Program-made: the position numbers and the translations under genes | NCBI GenBank assembly: GCA_951406725.2 | Contig: OX597843.1 | Location: 13,268,001-13,332,000, forward strand | Direction: 5' to 3' | Origin: Octopus vulgaris | Lineage: Eukaryota | DNA: 64,000 nt | Shown here: piece by piece, positions 42,052 to 55,295 of the stretch | How the letters are laid out: every line of letters begins with the position of its first letter | How positions within the stretch are numbered: the stretch's first letter is position 1 | The notes under the pieces: generated by a model | Database searches by the model: none | Seen by the model: only the letters and a program-made list of their open reading frames with translations | Told to the model about the DNA's origin: nothing

Positions 42052-42440
42052 TACGTGTATATATATATATATATATATGCATACGTGTATATATATGCAT
42101 ACATGTATATATATATGCATACGTGTATATATGTATATGTGCATGTGTGTATATATGCATATATTGCATGTGTGTATATATATATGCATACGTATATGTA
42201 TATATTGCATGTGTGTATATATATATATATATTTGTGCATGTGTATATATGTGCATGGGTTGGACGGTTCAACTGGGGTCTGTATATATATATATATATG
42301 CATGTGTATATGTGTGTGTGTGCATGCATGCATGCATATATACGTCGCGTGCACACCTTTATATCTTCAAATCCAGCTTCTAAAATTTTTCTTTTCATAT
42401 TTATTCCTCTATTCTTCATACTTTCTTCGTCTTTTCTTTG

Positions 42441-42473
<33 letters not shown>

Positions 42474-43184
42474 TTCTCATCACTGATGGACGTACACACA
42501 CACACACACACATACACACATATATACACACACACGCACGCACGCCCAGACGGACGCACGCACGCACGCGCGCTCGCACTCTCACTCTCACTCACGGGCT
42601 TTAACGTTCGCTTCACTCAAACAGCCCCGTCTTTTCTTTGTCTCCCTCTCTCCCTCTCTCTCTTTCTTATCACTGATGGACGTACACACACACACACACA
42701 CACACGGACGTACGCACGCCCAGACGGACGCACGCACGCACGCGAGCTCGCACTCTCACTCTCACTCAACGGGCTTTAAAACGTTCGCTTCACTCAAACA
42801 GCCCCCGAACACACAGACACACAACACAACACAACACGCTTCGACTCCGACTCCGACTGCTGAAAGCCGAAAAGGCGGCGGCGGTGTGAGGAGGAGGAGG
42901 AGGAGGAGGGGGGAAGTGAGGGAGAAGGCAAAGCAAACAACCAAATCGGCTGGAAAAACAGAGGACGTTCACCTTGTACTAATAGGCATAGCGTAGTGGC
43001 GGTGGCGGCGGTGGGAGTACTAGAAATGGTAGTGGTGATGGTGGGAGGAGGGTAAGTGAAGTCAGTCGCTGCTGCTGCCGCTGCTGCCGCCGTCGCTGAG
43101 AGAACTTTTCTGACTTAATGACTCATCGACGCATGCACCCCCCCCCCCTCGCCATCTCCTTTTTCTCTCCGTTAGTAAAGCATA

Positions 43185-43404
43185 TACTCTTTTACTCTTT
43201 TACTTGTTTCAGTCATTTGACTGCGGCCATGCTGGAGCAACGCCTTTTAGTCGAGCAAATCGACCCCGGGACTTATTCTTTGTAAGCCCAGTACTTATTT
43301 CTATCGGTCTCTTTTGCCGAACCCGCTAAGTAACGGGGACGCAAACACACCAGCATCGGTTGTCAAGCAATGCTAGGGGGACAAACACAGACACACAAAC
43401 ATAT

Positions 43405-43437
<33 letters not shown>

Positions 43438-43558
43438 CATATACACGACAGGCTTCTTTCAGTTTCCGTCTACCAAATCCACTCACAAGGCATTGGTCGG
43501 CCCGGGGCTATAGCAGAAGACACTTGCCCAAGATGCCATGCAGTGGGACTGAACCCGG
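43185..43558 (-). mobile_element. SINE family A (intron 3)
   Basis: Tail to B box. Confidence 0.85.
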
Positions 43559-44864
43559 TTTTTAGCAATGATGGTGGGGACAAACACAGACACACAAATA
43601 CATAAGAATATATATGTACTAGCAGTATCGCCTGGCGTTGCTCGGGTTTGTTTCGACCCTTTAGAATTGGAAACACAGACACAAATTCAGCTAAAATTCT
43701 TTGAATATGGTGCTCCAGTATGGCCACAGTCTGACTGAGACAAGTAAAAGAAAAAAAAAAGAAATATAAGAACTTATTAAACAAGGTGATTCATCCAGGG
43801 TACAAATTGTCTTTCATGGAAGTTTCTGTGGGTGCAGTCCTGGGGTCAGCTGTTTGGTTCACAAGGAGCTTGACTGACCCTTGACCTGTCTGGCTTTTAG
43901 TCCTCCATGGTGACCACAATATCCATCTCACCTGGTAAGCCAGAGGTGGGTGCAGTTTGATCGCTGACCACCCAACCATGAAATGGATGGTTCCTGGCTT
44001 AGATAGGGGTTAGTATCAGGGTTTTTCTCACCTGACCCTTATTGTGCTCGCAAGCTGGAGTCAGCACCCACGAGTGGTGTGGCTTAGCAGAATGGTCATA
44101 ATTGGATTGTTTTGTTGTTTTTTTTTGGGATCAAAGGTCTGCTCCAGTTGTGCTAACCATGGGCTAAACAACAGCAGCAGCGATGCTATCATTATCGCTC
44201 CTAGAATGACCCACCTCTACTGCCCACCCCCACTTCAGCCCCATCTTCGCCACTGCCACCACCACTGTAGACACATAGGGACTTTGGAGATGAGGGAGGG
44301 GGTGTAATTTCCTCTGTACCCCCCCCCCCTTCCATCCCACCCATCCCCCCAGACACTTTCCTTTCTATCCCTTTTTTTTTTCTCTTCTGGCAATCTTAAA
44401 AAGGAGGCATGAGTCACACAGGATGTGGGGGTGGGGGGGCTATGGACAATTTAGCTTATGGGGTGGGGGGCGATGGGGGGGGGAATGAGGTTCACATGGT
44501 GGAGTGGTAATGATGGCGGCGGTGGTGGTGGTGGGTGAGTGAGGTGGTCTGATGTGAGTAGATGGTGACTGGGGGGATAGGGGTAGATGAGTCCCCCCCT
44601 CCCCGTTTAAAATGGCTGGGGGCGATGAGTGACGAATAAAAAGGGGGCAAAGAAACATTTTATGCCTGTGTATGTATGTGTACATATATCCTTTTATTCT
44701 TATGCTTGTTTCAGTCGGCAGACTGCGGCCATGCTGGGGCACCCCCTTGAAGAGTTTTGGTCCAACGAATCGAATCGACCCCAAGACTTTCTTTCCATTT
44801 TTCTTTTTTACAAGTAGCACTTATTTTATCAGTCTCTTTTGCCTGACTGCTAAGTTACGTAATG

Positions 44865-45135
44865 GCAGACGAAATACCTATTTCTTTACTACCCACAAGG
44901 GGCTAAACACAGAGGGGACAAACAAGGACAGACAAACGGATTAAGTCGATTACATCGACCCCAGTGCGGTCAATTACATCGACCCCAGTGCGCAACTGGT
45001 ACTTAATTTATCGACCCCGAAAGGATGAAAGGCAAAGTTGACCTCGGAGGAATTTGAACTCAGAATGTAGCGGCAGACGAAATACTGCTAAGCATTTTGC
45101 TTGGCATGCTAACGTTTCTGCCAGCTCACCGCCTT
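44865..45135 (-). mobile_element. SINE family B
   Basis: Reverse complement of 7087-7322. Confidence 0.82.
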
Positions 45136-45207
45136 CCAGTCAAAACCCTCTAACCCATGCCAGCATGGAAAGCAGATGTTAAATGATTTTTTTTTTTTTT
45201 TTTTTTT

Positions 45208-45565
45208 TTACTTGTTTCAGTCATTTGACTGCGGCCATGCTGAAGCACCGCCTTTAATCAAGCAACTCGACCCCGGGACTTATTCTTTGTAAGCCCAGTA
45301 CTTATTCTATCGGTCTCTTGTGCCGAACCGCTAAGTGACGGGGACATAAATACACCAGCATCGGTTGTCAAGCAATGCTAGGGGGACAAACGCAAACATA
45401 TACACACACACATATATATATACATATATACGACGGGCTTCTTTCAGTTTCCGTCTACCAAATCCACTCACAAAGCTTTGGTTGGCCCGAGGCTATAATA
45501 GAAGACACTTGCCCAAGGTGCCACGCAGTGGGACTGAACCCGGAACCATGTGGTTGGTAAACAAG

Positions 45566-45606
<41 letters not shown>

Positions 45607-45770
45607 TACGACGGGCTTCTTTCAGTTTCCGTCTACCAAATCCACTCACAAGGCTTTGGTCGGCCCGAGGCTATAATAGAAGACACTTGCCCAAGGTGCC
45701 ACGCAGTGGGACTGAACCCGGAACCATGTGGTTGGTAAACAAACTACTTACCACACAGCCACTCCTGCGC
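45208..45770 (-). mobile_element. SINE family A with duplicated 5' half (intron 3)
   Basis: Consensus match; head segment present twice. Confidence 0.85.
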
Positions 45771-45883
45771 CCTGATGATGATATTTTTCTTGAAGTTTGT
45801 AAATTTCTTATGATGTCAACAACAAAAAATTCTGTTCATTTTATCTTAGATTTTAATTTTCTTTTCCTTTTGTTTATTTGCAG

Positions 45884-46158
45884 ATGAGGCCAAACGAAAC
45901 GGCGCCAAGATCTTAATCCATTGTCAAGCTGGGGTATCACGGTCGGCAACGGTGACCATCGCATATTTATTAAAACACTCCACCCTCAGTATGACAGATG
46001 CTTACCGATATGTAAAGCAGAAGCGTGCCATCATTTCGCCGAATTTTAACTTCATGGGACAACTTATGGAGTTTGAACAATCGTTAAACAACGGACTCTC
46101 GCCTCGAATCCATGAGAAATCCCGAGAAGAGTTTGATGAGATTGACCGCTGGTTATAG
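45884..46158 (+). CDS. DUSP10: DUSP10-like last coding exon (PTP signature loop, stop)
   Basis: ttgcag|AT acceptor. [23 protein letters not shown]...MTDAY...[29 protein letters not shown]...WL-TAG. The four exons total 1179 nt = 392 aa + stop. [14 protein letters not shown] and LNNG.[ST]PR resemble the DUSP10 subfamily. Confidence 0.95.
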
Positions 46159-47521
46159 CGAAGCGTCCAGTTTTTGTAAATCCTGTGTATATCTTTTGAT
46201 TGTATCTATACGCACGCGCGCGCATGTGTGTGTGTGTGTTTGAGAGAGAGAGAGAGAGAGAGCAAAGTGAAACTAGAGGAGTCGTGGCCGAAAGAGGCTT
46301 CTCGAAGCAACATGTCTTTCGGCTCAAAGCCGCGAATCGACCAAGCCAGTCAGGGAAAAATAAAAAGCTGTCTTTGATGGAGAAGTGCGTTCGATATATC
46401 TTCCAGGTTCCATCAACCGCCTGGGAGATTGTTTTGGGGTTTTTTCTTTTGTTTTTTTTTTTGTCACATACACATGCTGTGTGTCACACCTACTGAGTCT
46501 GTAACGTGAAGACAACGTAAAGACATGCAAATATATGGTACACGTGTGTGCGTGCGTGCGTATGTGTGTGTGTGTGTGTGTGAGACTTGGGAATCGGTCT
46601 AATGAAGCTAGTCTTATTAAATCTCTCTCTCTATCTCTCTGTCTTGAAACAAACGATAAATGAGTGATGGTGAAAATTCCTCAAAAATAGCCAATTCACA
46701 AATGCAATCAACTAATCAAAACACACAACTACTATCACTGCTGTCATCACCATCAATCATTTGCCATTGTAATATAATATATATATATATATATATATGT
46801 ATGTATATATGTATGTATATATGTATGTATGTATATATATATGTATGTATGTATATATATATGTATGTATATATATATGTATGTATGTATATATATATGT
46901 ATGTATGTATGTATATATATATGTATGTATATATATATGTATGTGTATATATGTATAAATATATATGTGTGTATGTATATATATATGTATGTATATATAT
47001 GTATAAATATATATGTGTGTATATATATATATATGTATATATATATGTGTGTGTATGTAGTCTGAACAGTATTGATACAAATGTCACTAGTCAGAAATAA
47101 TAATGATAATAATAATAATGACTACAGCAACCCTTCTGAACACACTAAAATATGCTACCAGTGATAGGTTGAGGTCGATGGTATTTGTTAAAGCCCCCCT
47201 TCAATCTCAAAACTGCTGGCCTTGCACCAAAATCAGAAACAATTATTATTATGATTATTATTATTATTATTGTTATTATCAGTTGACCATCACTCCTCAT
47301 CTCTCCTTTTCTCAGAATGTGTGTGTGTGTGTGTGTGATATCTGTAATAGTAGTGTTGTTATTTGCAATAATCTTCCCTTTTTGTGTGGTGTGTGTATAA
47401 TATATGTATGTATGTATGTGTATATATACACACATACCATCTGGAAGATGTAAGAGATGTGGGAGAGAGAGAGCAGGTAAAGACAGGTCTTGTAACAATG
47501 GCATTGACAGATGGTGTTGAA

Positions 47522-47562
<41 letters not shown>

Positions 47563-49790
47563 CCAAATAACTGAAATATCATTATATATATGTAATGTGT
47601 TTTCAACTATGAACATTCCAGTATTATCAAAATGAGATTCGAGAGAGAATAAAGATAAAAATGAGAATCAAAGACATTAAAAGATACAGCCAGTATGATT
47701 ATATAAAATTGTGTATCTACCTTTATTTATCTATGTTTATTTATATATCTGTATCTATCTGTCTAATTTGTCTGTCTGTCTGTCTGTTGGTTGTTTTGGT
47801 CTGTTTATTGAAAAATATAAGATAAAAATCTATAAAAAGAAAAAAAAACTTGAATAAGTTATACACAAATTCACACGTTGTTGGGGAGGGGTTTTTTTTG
47901 TAGGGGTTGGCGGGGATTGGCCAGAAGAAAAAATGAAATTAAAGACACTCAGAGAAAGAAAGAAAAATATTTAATTGAAATTTTAAACAAAACCCACCGA
48001 TATTTCAGTTTGTTGTTTTCAAACAAACAATAATTTGAAAAGAAAAAAAATGAGTGAATAATGTTATTATTATCATCCTGATTATTAATAATATTATTAT
48101 CATAAATATTATTATTATTATTATAATGGATGGACAAATATTTACGGAATGATAAAGAAGAAATATGAACACAAAACAAAATGGCCACCATCATCATCAT
48201 TGCCTCACAGCTTTTCTTCAAGAAATATATTATTATATTCATTAAACTTGAAAGAAAGTTGTGTGGAATTGGGAGCTAAAAGTGAGATTCATTCTTTCTG
48301 AACAATTCTTTTGTACATTTTTAGGGGATATTTTTTTTTTTTTTATTCAATTATAAATATATATTTTTTTTGTGGTTACAAAAACTTTTTACAGTTTTTT
48401 TTTTTTTTTAATGATGAAAAATAAAGTGATTTTTTTCCAAGTCGTGCCTTTGTGGTACAAACAAAATGATGTTTCAAGAAAAATACAAACAGAACAAACA
48501 GTGATGATAAAAATATCTCTTTATATATATATATAAATATGTATGTGTGTTTGTATGTATGTGTTTGTTTGTGTGTATGTGTGTAATTTATATAGAATGT
48601 CTGTGCATTTATCATACATATATATACATACATGTATGCATACATGTGTATGTATGTAATATAATTTTTGGTATGAATTTGTATTTATTTTTTATTTAAT
48701 GTGTGTTAGCAGAGGAGACATGTTATCCGGAAAGGAAAGAGAAGAAAAAAAACCTCTGAGGTGTGTGTATATATATACACATACATATATATGACAACAA
48801 AAATTCAATCAAGAATTATATAAGAAAATCAAAGAAAATAAGTTAAAGATGTAGAATAAATGAACACCTTTTATTTAAAAGAAAAAAATAGGTATATTAA
48901 AGAACAAAATTTTAAAATAATTATCCAAATATTTTGGTAAAAAACGCCAACAATACAAATTGGACCAGAAGCCAAATGAATACCATTATATAATAGAATT
49001 AAAAATGAAGCCCCAAAATAGCATATATATATATATATATATATATATACATGCAATATATACAATATATATATATACACAAGCAATATATACAATATAT
49101 ATATATATACATGCAATATATACAATATATATATATATACATGCATATATATATATATATACATGCAATATATACAATATATATATATATACATGCAATA
49201 TATACAATATATATTTATATATACATATAAATATGTATATATTTTAATACATGTGTGTGTGTATGTATGTATATATATATATATTTATATATTATAATAC
49301 ATATTTAGATAATCTCCAAAGCTTTCAACAAAATATTATGGAAAAAGTTTTCAAAATGGCTACCAAGCAGTTGTCTGCTTCTGGCATTTTTTTTTCCCTT
49401 AAGTATCTCCATCTTTTCTCTTCTCTTTCATGCTAAATTAAACTCTCTCTTAATCTCTCTCACACATATATTCATAAAACATATTTAAAAACCATCGAAA
49501 TGATGGTGTTTCATTTTTATTTTAAAGTTTAAGTTTTTTTGGGTTTTTTTTTCTCCTGATTCATCACATAAATTTTTTTCGTTTCTTTTCCGTTTCCCCC
49601 CCCCCCTTCCGAATTTCATTATTTATAAAAATGTATTTATTCGTATTATTTATTTATTTTTGTATATTTCTATATATTAGATATTATAAATATTAAAGAA
49701 TACATGAAACAAATAAACAAAAAATATATTATATATATATATTATATATATCATATGTAATTAAATTATTTATATGCGTAATGAATTTCT
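46159..49790 (+). other. Probable long 3' UTR of the DUSP gene with AU-rich elements and distal poly(A) signal
   Basis: About 3.6 kb after the stop, free of SINEs and AT-rich. Overlapping ATTTA (TTATTTATTTATTT near 49646), ATTAAA 49692, AATAAA 49712, then a T-rich tract. The end point is inferred. Confidence 0.45.
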
Positions 49791-49975
49791 GACTTTTGTT
49801 ATCTTTCCTTTTACTTCGTTAAAAATATTTGATTGGTATATATCACACATAAACACTCGTGTTACTCACCAAATATATATATATATATATAGGAATAAAA
49901 TTTATATATAAAGAAACAAGAATGTGAAATACACAAAGGGACGACCACAGAAAACAGACGGGTCATTCAAAGCCT

Positions 49976-50038
49976 TTAATCTTCAGTCAAAAACCGGATC
50001 ATCATAGCAAATTTCCGCTGATTAATTCTGATATTTAC
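49976..50038 (-). ncRNA. Candidate strand-swapped (pseudoknotted) hammerhead motif
   Basis: Minus strand: GUAAAU-A-UCAGAA UUAA ucagcg GAAA UUUGC ...14 nt... UUUUGA CUGAAGA UUAA. Confidence 0.48.
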
Positions 50039-50454
50039 TCCAACGCAGCCAGCCCCAAGGAAAAACTAAGCTGTGAGCATTAGATTTCTTGGAAAAAGGA
50101 ATGAATGTAAACGCAACAGAGACGGATATAAATACAAAAAACAAGAATGGTTAATAACAGGATAACAGCAGATGTCTTACGACTTTAGACAAAATGAGAC
50201 AAATATAACTTATCTAGCAGGCGGGTTTGGAAAATTGCCTTTTCGGCAGAGGGGGGGAACGATGTTGAGCGGGGAACGAAATGGCTTGTTAGGCAGCAGG
50301 TCGCAAGAGGGTAGAGAAAGAGAAAGAGAGACAGAGAGAGAAGGAATTAAAGAGGGTGGAAGACAGAGGGCGCCGAGGATTGACCAGGTCACGTGAGAAT
50401 AAGAGAGAGAGAAATAAATTCTTGCATGTTTAAATATGTACATGCATGTATATC

Positions 50455-51100
50455 ATTTATTTCTTTATTGCCCACAAGGGGCTAAACATAGAGGGGACAA
50501 ACAAGGACAGACAAAGGTATTAAGTCGAATACATCAACCCCAGTGCGTAACTGGTTCTTAATTTACGACCCCGAAAGGATGAAAGGCAAAGTCGACCTCA
50601 GCGGAATTTGAACTCAGAACATAACAGGAGATGAAATACTGCTAAACATTTTGCCTAGCGTGCCAACGTTTCTGCCAGCTCGCTGCTTTGTACTTAATTT
50701 ATTGACCCCGAAAGGATGAAAGGCAAAGTCAACCTCGGCGGAATTTGAACTCAGAACATAACAGGAGATGAAATACTGCTAAACATTTCGCCTAGCGTGC
50801 CAACGTTTCTGCCAGCTCGCTGCTTTGTACTTAATTTATCGACCCTGAAAGGATGAAAGGCAAAGTCGACCTCAGCGGAATTTAAACTCAGAACATAACA
50901 GGAGATGAAATACTGCTAAACATTTTGCCTAGCGTGCCAACGTTTCTGCCAGCTCGCTGCTTTGTACTTAATTTATTGACCCCGAAAGGATAAAAGGCAA
51001 AGTCAACCATGGCAGAATTTGAACTCAGAACGCAAAGACCGACGAAATACCGCTAAGCATTTCGCCCGGCGTGCTAACATTTCTGCCTGCTCGCTGCCTT
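50455..51100 (-). mobile_element. SINE family B with a ~140-bp 5' unit repeated 4 times
   Basis: CCCGAAAGGATGAAAGGCAAAGTC...CTCGCTGC recurs four times. Confidence 0.82.
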
Positions 51101-51119
51101 ATATATCATGCATGTATAT

Positions 51120-51890
51120 CATTATCATCATCATCTAATGTCCATTGTCCATGCTGGCATGGGTTGAATACTTTGACCAAAGCTGGAGAGCTGCACTAGG
51201 TTCCAGTCTGATTTCGCATGGTTTCTAGGCTTTTCCTAATGCCAACCACTTTACAGTGTGCTTTTACCAGCACAAGGCTCTTGTAGGCCAATCTTCTTCG
51301 CCAAGAGGAGTGGCCTTAACACTTATGCTTGAGTAGAGAAATGTGTCAAGTATTTCGGTCATTTGTCTTCCCTTCTGAAAGGCTCAGTGTCCTGAGGTCA
51401 CCTTTCAATATTTCATCCAGATTCAGCAACCTGAGGTCGTACTTCATCCATGTCCAGCATACTGACGTCCTTCAGCACTTCATCCAGGTCCAGCATCCTG
51501 AGGTCATCCAGCTCCTGCGTCCTGAAGTCATCCTTTGGTATTTTGTCCAGGTTTAGCATCTTGAGGTTGTCTCTCAGCACTTCATCCAGGCCAGCATCCT
51601 GAAGTCATCCTTTGGTATTTTGTCCAGGTCCAGCATCCTGAAGTCACCCTTCAGTACTTCATCCAGGTCCAGCGTCCAGAGGTCATCCTCCAGCACTCAT
51701 CCAGATTTAGCATCCTGAGGTTGTCTTTCAGCACTTCATCCAGGCCAGCATCCTGAAGTCATCCTTCAGTATTTTGTCCAGGTCCAGCATCCTGAGGTCA
51801 CCCTTCAGTACTTCATCCAGGTCCAGCATCCAGAGGTCGTCCTCCAGCACTCATCCAGATTTAGCATCCTGAGGTTGTCTTTCAATGATT
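51120..51890 (-). mobile_element. RTE-like LINE 3' end with tandem amplification of the ORF C-terminus
   Basis: Minus strand encodes repeated DEVLKDDLRMLDL-like units, then DEILKGDLRTLSLSEGKTNDRNT, then the shared 3' UTR and tail. Confidence 0.65.
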
Positions 51891-51954
51891 AAACACGCAT
51901 ATACATGCATGAATATACCTTGTCTGTGTGTGTATGTGTGGAGATATATTTATA

Positions 51955-52342
51955 TGTGGAAGCACTCCGTCGGTTACGACGACGAGGGTTCCGGTTGATC
52001 CGAATCAACAGAACAGCCTGCTTGTAAAATTAACGTGTAAGTGGCTGAGCACTCCACAGGCACATGTACCCTTAACGTAGTTCTCGGGGATATTCAGCGT
52101 GACACAGAGAGTGACAAGGCCAGGCCTTTGAAATACAGGTACAACAGAAACAGGAAGTAAGAGTGAGAGAAAGTTGTGGTGAAAGAGTACAGCAGGGATC
52201 ACCACCATCCCCTGCCGGAGCCTCGTGGAGCTTTTAGGTGTTTTCGCTCAACAAACACTCACAACGCCCGGTCTGGGAATCTAAACCGCAATCCTATGAC
52301 CGCGAGTCCGCTGCCCTAACCACTGGGCCATTGCGCCTCCAC
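51955..52342 (-). mobile_element. SINE family C, tail type 2
   Basis: Near-identical reverse complement of 60008-60390. Confidence 0.85.
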
Positions 52343-53240
52343 ATATTTATATACACGCACACACATCATTAGACATGCATGCACAGATATATGCACATAT
52401 CTTTACATATACACACAAATACAGACTGACACAAGGTATTGTCGGAGCACTGCATCCTTCAAAACTTCCATGCTTCCTGAGATTTGCCAACACTACACTT
52501 GATTTTCTCCCCTCCATACACACACAAGCATGTATCTGACTCATACATTGTTCGCTTTCCAGACATTTCTACATTACTGCATGTACTTTATATGCACTTT
52601 CTGACAAGTTGTGGTGCACCTGAGCACTGTATACAATAATTTCATTATTATTATTATTATTATTATTTGGTCTAAATATGACAGTTTGTTTGAAAGGAAA
52701 AAAAAACATGATATCCTAGTCTCAATAATAGAAGTATTTTTAAAGAACCAAGTAAACACAGAGAGGACAAACAAGGACAGATAAACGGATTAAGTTGATT
52801 ATATCGACCCCAGTGCATAACTGGTACTTATTTAATTGACCCCAAAAGGATGAAAGGCAAAGTCGACCTTGGCGGAATTTGAACTCAGAACATAGTGGAT
52901 GAAACACGGCTACGCATTTTGCCCGGCGTGCTAACGTTTATGACAGCTTACTGCCTTCTTCATCTTAGCCACTAACTCAGCCTTGGTTTTGCAGGAAGAG
53001 CAGTTGGTGTATTCCTCAATTGCAACCCACACATAGTAATCCATGGGGTTACAATTGAGAGAATTAGGAGGTCAGAAATTGGGAATTATGAAGTTTGCTG
53101 GCAACCACTTTTTGAACATTTCCAAAAGGTACAACAAAGAAGAAATCTCACAGCCACACATGTGGCCTTCCAGCAGCAACCCCTACCCAGCCAGGGTCTG
53201 TCCTCAGTCTCCAGCAACCTCACATAGCCATCTGAATTAA

Positions 53241-53775
53241 CCCTTTAGTGTTCGCATTATTCTACCAAAACTAATCCTTTTTCATCCTCATTGCTTTGAA
53301 TTAATCATGCATTATCTTGTAGCTTTGAGATTTTGATGAGGTAGCTGTTAATTTTTAAAACGATATTGTAGGGTTGGTGTGAGAGACCAAATCCGGCCAG
53401 TTTGAACATAAAACAGGCAGAATACTTTTGGCCAGATCCGGCCAGGTTGATCATAAAACAGGCAGAATACTTTTGGCCAGATCCGGCCAGGTTGATCATA
53501 AAACAGGCAGAATACTTTTGGCCAGATCCGGCCAGGTTGATCATAAAACAGGCAGAATACTTTTGGCCAGATCCGGCCAGTTTGAACATAAAACAGGCAG
53601 AATACTTTTGGCCAGATCCGGCCAGGTTGAACATAAAACAGGCAGAATACTTTTGGCCAGATTTGGCCAGTTTGATCATAAAACAGGCAGAATACTTTTG
53701 GCCAGATCCGGCCAGTTTGAACATAAAACAGGCAGAATACTTTTGGCCGGATATGGCCGGTTTAAATGTTAAGGG
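53241..53775. mobile_element. piggyBac-type MITE (same family) carrying about 8 x 45-bp subterminal repeats
   Basis: TTAA|CCCTTTAGTGTT ... TAAGGG|TTAA; unit AAACAGGCAGAATACTTTTGGCCAGATCCGGCCAGGTTGATCATA at 53390-53765. Confidence 0.82.
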
Positions 53776-54056
53776 TTAAGCCTAAGATCCTCTTCAAAGA
53801 TGTCGGGCAGCATGATATCACTCCCACTTCCCTTATATAATAGCAAAAAAAATGCATTAAAAATGGGAAAAAATGATGGTAAATTCTTTTTAAAATCGTA
53901 GACTCATCGTAGACACGCGCTAATACCCAGTAGGGCTCGATATGAATCACGACTATAAGATACTTGGTTTTGGTTAAACTGCACCGCAAAATGTGGGAGT
54001 AGTTAGGAATCTAAATCGTAGGAGACAGACACACAACTTCACTTTTATATATAAAG

Positions 54057-54402
54057 ATTAATTATAATAAAGGGTTAATTGCAATAAGTTGCTCAAAACC
54101 ACATACCGAAAATATTAGAAATGGCAGCCAAATAGGTCACCATTTCTCCTACTAGTAAAAAAGTCTCCACAAACAAACAGAATTTGCAACCCGTATATGG
54201 TAAAGAGAAAGAAAATAATGAAATCCCAGCCTATTTGGATTGCATTTCTTTCTCTTTACCATATACGGGTTGCAAATTCTGTTTGTTTGTGGAGACTTTT
54301 TTACTAGTAGGAGAAATGGTGACCTATTTGACTGCCATTTCTAATATTTTCGGTATGTGGTTTTGAGTAACTTGTTGCAATTAACCCTTTATTATAATTA
54401 AT
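54057..54402. repeat. Long near-perfect palindrome (158-bp arms, 30-bp spacer)
   Basis: 54057-54214 vs 54245-54402; three mismatches seen. Confidence 0.9.
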
Positions 54403-54501
54403 ATAATCCTTACCAAATATGGTCTTTTCCATACCGATAAAACTACTAGGTGAAATTTATTAATTTTATTAAATTAATTATATTTCACCCTTTTTGCATA
54501 T

Positions 54502-54559
<58 letters not shown>

Positions 54560-54806
54560 CATATACATACAATAGAGAGATGTTTTTGTTTCACTTTTAA
54601 CATGTAATACTGAAATAGTGGAGAAGATGTGATATTGCTGTGGGCTCGCTCTAGGCAAGAAGTTAAAGAATTTTTGCTGATGACACTCCCCGGACCCTAA
54701 GTAAGGCATGTGTAAAATTTGAATGAAATTGGTTGTGTAGTTCTCAAGTTTTAGGGAAACACACAGACAGACAGACACACATTCTCAGTTTTATATATAT
54801 TACTAT

Positions 54807-55008
54807 ACTCTTTACTCTTTTACTTGTTTCAGTCATTTGACTGCGGCCATGCTGGAGCACTGCCTTTAGTCGAGCAAATCGACCCCGGGACTTATTCTTT
54901 TGTAAGCCCAGTACTTATTCTATCGGTCTCTTTTGCCGAACCGCTAAGTAACGGGGATATAAACACACCAGCATCGGTTGTCAAGCAAGGCTAGAGGGAC
55001 AAACACAG

Positions 55009-55063
<55 letters not shown>

Positions 55064-55224
55064 ACAGGCTTCTTTCAGTTTCTGTCTGCCAAATCCACTC
55101 ACAAGGTTTTGATCGGCCCAAAGCTATAGTAGAAGACACTTGCCCAAGGTGCCACGCAGTGGGACTGAACCCGGAACCATGTGGTTGGTAAACAAGCTAC
55201 TTACCACACAGCCACTCCTGCGCC
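54807..55224 (-). mobile_element. SINE family A, full-length copy
   Basis: Reverse complement of the 60999-61410 consensus from tail to head. Confidence 0.88.
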
Positions 55225-55264
55225 TATATATACAGACACACAAACACATACATACATACATACA

Positions 55265-55295
<31 letters not shown>

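Noticed and set aside
42425-42810. ~200-bp tandem duplication in intron 3
   Set aside because: An ordinary microsatellite-associated local duplication with no further signal.
53402-53779. 15-aa repeat ORF (IKQAEYFWPDPARLI)n
   Set aside because: A 45-bp tandem repeat inside a MITE, open in several frames.
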